64,000 nt of DNA from a virus (lineage: Duplodnaviria > Heunggongvirae > Uroviricota > Caudoviricetes). Of this stretch, positions 60,338 through 64,000 are shown one piece after another; position 1 is the first letter of the stretch, and each line of letters opens with the position of its first letter. The stretch is from the IMG/VR virus record IMGVR_UViG_2526164662_000021, positions 1 through 64,000 of that record. One strand, given 5' to 3'. The notes below the pieces were generated by a model, which saw only the letters and a program-made list of their open reading frames with translations, made no database searches and had not been told where the DNA came from. The translations under genes and the position numbers were made by a program.

Positions 60338-60670
60338 TTAGTTACCGCTGATAGCGCGGTTGTAATCATTAACGTTGCGATTCTTCCTGTTAATCCCCAT
60401 CAGCATCGTTTCTGTATCAAGGATATAGGCTGGCAGATCATCAAAATATTCACTGCTAAACTCTGGCATCCTGCACATAAATGCACTTTTGGGGGCAGGG
60501 TGATTAACCTTTGTCGGCGTCGGCGTTAAATTCGCTGATCGACTCCCGGAGCAACCGCTGAGTGTCAACAGGAATGCGCTGGCGAACACTACCCGACGCA
60601 ACCAGTTGTTTCTGAACTTCAGCTTTTCGTTCCATTTGTCTGTCTGCATACTTCGCTTGTTCTGATTCAT
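60338..60670 (-). CDS. Lipoprotein (o-spanin-like; P1 mlp position)
   Basis: Signal peptide with lipobox LTLSGC; overlaps the 3' half of the upstream gene in another frame; start uncertain. Confidence 0.4.
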   Translation of the reverse strand: MNQNKRSMQTDKWNEKLKFRNNWLRRVVFASAFLLTLSGCSGSRSANLTPTPTKVNHPAPKSAFMCRMPEFSSEYFDDLPAYILDTETMLMGINRKNRNVNDYNRAISGN

Positions 60671-60926
60671 TTTTCACTTCCTGGCTGTGAAAATGTTGAT
60701 CCGCTTTATTCATCGTCTCAATGGTCTGGTTAAGATCAATGATTGACTTATCGCGCTCCTTAACAGCCTGATCAAGGCTGCCAATTTTTTCCAAGGCTTG
60801 CTTTAACTGATAACGTTCCCATGCAAACCCAGCACCAACAAGTGCGCAAATCAGGACAAGAACACCAGTAACAGCAAGTTTCTCCTTCAAAGACAAAGCT
60901 GTTTTTAACGTTGAAAAAAACGACAT
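60504..60926 (-). CDS. Type II membrane protein with coiled-coil (i-spanin-like)
   Basis: N-terminal TM helix LAVTGVLVLICALVGAGFAW then charged helical region. Confidence 0.45.
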   Translation of the reverse strand: MSFFSTLKTALSLKEKLAVTGVLVLICALVGAGFAWERYQLKQALEKIGSLDQAVKERDKSIIDLNQTIETMNKADQHFHSQEVKNESEQAKYADRQMERKAEVQKQLVASGSVRQRIPVDTQRLLRESISEFNADADKG

Positions 60927-60965
60927 TTCTTCCTCCTGAAGAAAAATTATCTGTGAAGTCCTTTG

Positions 60966-61754
60966 TTAAAGTGTCGCCTTGTTTAATTCATCAAGAACAG
61001 AATCAGGAACCAAAGCTGCGACTGCGCTGGCGGTGCTGGCCTTATTTGCTGATGCTTCCGCCAGCGCGGTTCCGATAGCATGGTTATAAGCAGTTATGGC
61101 TACGCTGGCGCTTTCCTTCGCTCGTTCATACTGCTGTTGCAATGCTGCTACCGGTACTGTTGTCTGGTCGAAAAAAGCACCAAATTGTTCAGTAGCTTCC
61201 TTCAGTGCTTCAACTTGTTGTTCTGTCAGTGCTGGTGGGGGAGTGACTGCGCCGCCACCTGAATCAGAGCCTGACGAGCTTCCTGAGCCTGTGTTAAGGG
61301 TCTGGTTAACGTCCCCCATAGCAGCGACTAAACTCGACGCATTAAGCGCATTTACAGCGTCCTCAAGCGATTTCGTTGTAGTCGCGTCACCAATGGCAAT
61401 AGAGATCGGCAGTTCTGAAACTTCTCGCTCATTAGCACGACAGTAAACATCCCAACCAATATCGAGTTGAAGGAGCATTGACAGATCAGCATAACCAGCC
61501 AACAGGTCCGCGTGCTGAGTTGCCAGCCCTCCAATATTCGTTAAACCGGTTGCGGTTGTTCTGATCGTTGAAACATAGCTGGTAATAGTGTCGGGATAGA
61601 CAATTGTATCCAGAATTAATCCGGTCAATTCTTCTGCAAGCAGTTTTGCTGTGTTAGCACTGTTTCGTGCCGATGTTATGGCACCAGGTGTTTTCATCCC
61701 ACCGGCGGCGGCCAATTTTTTATATGCGGATAACTGGTAGACTTTTTCCAGCAT
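60966..61754 (-). CDS. Hypothetical protein (P1 upfB position)
   Basis: 262 aa from ATG at 61754 with AGGAGA RBS; Ser/Gly-rich linker. Confidence 0.45.
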   Translation of the reverse strand: MLEKVYQLSAYKKLAAAGGMKTPGAITSARNSANTAKLLAEELTGLILDTIVYPDTITSYVSTIRTTATGLTNIGGLATQHADLLAGYADLSMLLQLDIGWDVYCRANEREVSELPISIAIGDATTTKSLEDAVNALNASSLVAAMGDVNQTLNTGSGSSSGSDSGGGAVTPPPALTEQQVEALKEATEQFGAFFDQTTVPVAALQQQYERAKESASVAITAYNHAIGTALAEASANKASTASAVAALVPDSVLDELNKATL

Positions 61755-61762
61755 GATATCTC

Positions 61763-62047
61763 CTAACTTACCTGAACCAGGCCGTCTCCGGACGCTACGG
61801 TAGATCCGCATGAAACAGGGTCACCAACGCATACGATCCCTTTACCATTGACGGTAAACCATGCCCTGGTTGATATAGCTTGCCCACCGTGCGTACTGTT
61901 TCCATCGGTATGCTGTGCATATTGCTTACCATCAACTAACACTTCGACTCCGTTGACTTTAAGTAGTGGTTCACTCTCTACAGGAGGCCTGGATGGGAAT
62001 CCTCCGTGCCCCGAACAAATGCTGTCTTTTGTTGCAATACTTGCCAC
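61763..62047 (-). CDS. PAAR-like domain protein
   Basis: 94 aa with repeated HGG and VNG elements and Cys-containing C-terminal VCVGDPVSCGST, resembling PAAR spike-tip proteins; GTG start. Confidence 0.45.
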   Translation of the reverse strand: MASIATKDSICSGHGGFPSRPPVESEPLLKVNGVEVLVDGKQYAQHTDGNSTHGGQAISTRAWFTVNGKGIVCVGDPVSCGSTVASGDGLVQVS

Positions 62048-62128
62048 GTCATCACCAATTATTTGCTCTGATTTTCGTTATTTTAACTCAGGTTGTTTGT
62101 GGTCTACATGGAGTTCAACTATTGCAAA

Positions 62129-62145
62129 ATTGCTCTAATAAATAT
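62129..62145 (+). promoter_or_regulatory. C1 repressor operator (ATTGCTCTAATAAATAT) upstream of uhr-hrdC
   Basis: Consensus match. Confidence 0.7.
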
Positions 62146-62216
62146 TGTTTTTTATGTCGTATTTTCGGTACCATTCAGCCATCGCCCTTCAATGGGCATT
62201 TGTTTGGAGTCGTCAG

Positions 62217-62501
62217 ATGCAGATGGAGCTAATAAGCCGCAAAGAGTTCGATAGCCGTGTAACCAGCGGTGAACTCGACAACTTGCAGGCTATCAAGGTG
62301 AAAGAAGGCTTTTGCCTCATTGGGAATCAGAGCGGAACAAATCGCGTTTTTATGCTTCGCCGTACGGATTTGAAGCCATTTGTCTGGAAGAACGAAATTG
62401 GTCCCAGCTCATACGCTCAAACGAGGGGGTGCCACAACCTGGCCTTTTTCTACAAAGACGAGCTTTCTGTGGTTGATATTCAAGGGTTACAACATGTTTA
62501 A
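62217..62501 (+). CDS. uhr: Uhr-like protein (upstream of hrdC)
   Basis: 94 aa from ATG at 62217; synteny. Confidence 0.45.
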   Translation: MQMELISRKEFDSRVTSGELDNLQAIKVKEGFCLIGNQSGTNRVFMLRRTDLKPFVWKNEIGPSSYAQTRGCHNLAFFYKDELSVVDIQGLQHV

Positions 62502-63399
62502 GCACTGGAAAAACATTACTATTTATAAACTTTCTCGTGAGGCGGATCTGACCGACTTAGAAGATAAAAAGAAAATGATCCTTTTCACGCCATGCGGTAG
62601 TCAGGATATGGCCAAGTTCGGTTTTGTATCTCCATTTGGTGATAATTCCGAAGTTATCGCTATGCATGGAAATGGTTTTATCCTTGTTGAAGCAAAGCGC
62701 GAAACAAAAATTCTTCCCCCGCCGGTTATCCAGCGAGCTATTCAAGAAAAAATTGAAAAACTTGAGCAAGAACAAGCGCGTAAACTGAAGAAAACAGAGA
62801 AGGACTCCCTGAAAGACGAAGTTCTGCATTCTCTTCTGCCACGGGCTTTTTCAAAGTTTTCTGTTATCCAGGCGATCTACGACGGTTCAACTAAACGTAT
62901 CTATATCAATGCCAGCGCGCGGCAGGCAGAGGATATGCTCGCGCTTATGCGTAAGTCTCTGGGTTCTCTTCCTGTTGTTCCCCTGAGTGTTGAAAATCCC
63001 ATTGAATTAACGCTGACCGACTGGGTACGTGATGGTAGTGCTCCACAGGGATTTCAAATGGGGGATGCGGCAGAACTTAAGGCAGTGCTTGAGGATGGCG
63101 GTATTGCCCGAGTGAAAAAGCAGGATTTGGGAAGCGATGAAATTTCCACACACCTGGAAGCTGGCAAGCTCGTCACTAAGTTGGCACTCGACTGGCAGAA
63201 CCGCATTAAATTTACACTGGACCATAACTTCAGCCTTACCAGCGTCAAATTTGCGGATGAATTGCTTGATCAGAACTCTGATATTGATAGTGAAGATGTA
63301 GCGCAGCGACTGGACGCAGATTTCTTCCTGTTGACCAGTGAAATTTCGTGCCTGGTTGATGCTCTGGTAAATGCCCTTGGTGGAGAGGCTAAGCAGTGA
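62494..63399 (+). CDS. hrdC: RdgC-like recombination-associated protein
   Basis: 301 aa from ATG at 62494; recognised as RdgC family; P1 has an RdgC homologue (hrdC) here. Confidence 0.8.
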   Translation: MFKHWKNITIYKLSREADLTDLEDKKKMILFTPCGSQDMAKFGFVSPFGDNSEVIAMHGNGFILVEAKRETKILPPPVIQRAIQEKIEKLEQEQARKLKKTEKDSLKDEVLHSLLPRAFSKFSVIQAIYDGSTKRIYINASARQAEDMLALMRKSLGSLPVVPLSVENPIELTLTDWVRDGSAPQGFQMGDAAELKAVLEDGGIARVKKQDLGSDEISTHLEAGKLVTKLALDWQNRIKFTLDHNFSLTSVKFADELLDQNSDIDSEDVAQRLDADFFLLTSEISCLVDALVNALGGEAKQ

Positions 63400-64000
63400 A
63401 AGAGCTGTGCTATGGATCTGTTTGCAGTGGAATTGAAGCCGCGAGTATTGCCTGGGAACCGTTGGGTATGCGTCCGGCGTGGTTTGCTGAAATCGAGCCT
63501 TTTCCATCTGCCGTTCTTGCGCACCGCTGGCCCCATGTCGCCAACCTTGGCGACATGACAAAACTTGCCAAAAAAGTCCTGGCTGGGGAAATCGAATCCC
63601 CTGATGTGCTCGTCGGGGGAACACCTTGTCAGGCATTCAGTATCGCTGGATTACGTGGTGGGCTTGATGATGAGCGTGGCGCGCTAACTTTAAAGTATGT
63701 GGAGCTTGCAAATGCAATTGACGACAAACGGGCTGAGTCATTTCTCAAACCGACAGTTATCGTCTGGGAAAATGTCCCAGGAGTCCTGTCATCGGCAGAT
63801 AACGCCTTCGGATGTTTCCTTGCCGGATTGGCTGGAGAAGATGCGCCATTTGAACCAGGTGATCGACCTGAATCAGGAAAAAGTAACGCGTTCTGGCGGT
63901 GGGATGGCAAAACCGGTTGCCATGCTCCAAAGTGGCCGCAGTGTGGTTGTATTTATGGACCGCAGCGAAAGGTGGCCTGGAGAATCCTTGATGCCCAATA
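63396..64000 (+). CDS. dmt: DNA methyltransferase, N-terminal part (C5-cytosine MTase motifs); truncated by window end
   Basis: Hand translation from GTG 63396: ...[12 protein letters not shown]... (PCQ motif) and ...ENVPG...; no stop before 64000. Confidence 0.7.
   Translation, partial: MKELCYGSVCSGIEAASIAWEPLGMRPAWFAEIEPFPSAVLAHRWPHVANLGDMTKLAKKVLAGEIESPDVLVGGTPCQAFSIAGLRGGLDDERGALTLKYVELANAIDDKRAESFLKPTVIVWENVPGVLSSADNAFGCFLAGLAGEDAPFEPGDRPESGKSNAFWRWDGKTGCHAPKWPQCGCIYGPQRKVAWRILDAQ

Overview
The window is about 64 kb of a P1-like temperate phage-plasmid, collinear with the phage P1 gene order as I remember it, running from the cre leader to the 5' end of dmt. All calls were made by eye from the supplied translations and the raw sequence; no database or HMM search was run, so family names and P1 gene symbols are recognition- or synteny-based. 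Blocks in order: cre-cra-ref-mat; lxc-ulx-darB (minus strand); prt-pro; lyz; ssb; the darA operon (lydC-lydA-lydB-hdf-darA-ddrA-ddrB); cin plus a ~5.4 kb invertible tail-fibre C segment (Sv'/U' and U/S); tail and baseplate genes including sit; sim; immI (c4-icd-ant); kilA-repL; a late structural block (sheath, major capsid); parS-parB-parA; incA-repA-oriR; upf genes; uhr-hrdC-dmt. Seven matches to the C1 repressor operator consensus and several intrinsic terminators are visible. Relative to the P1 layout, three slots carry non-core cargo and are the best candidates for an undescribed system: (1) a lone GNAT acetyltransferase where P1 has the res/mod type III restriction-modification genes; (2) an AT-rich islet with a dGTP triphosphohydrolase where P1 has IS1; (3) a T5orf172-domain gene inserted between the incA iterons and the parA promoter. 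None of these has a demonstrated function here. No rRNA, tRNA, CRISPR array or transposase was seen, and loxP appears to lie just upstream of the window.
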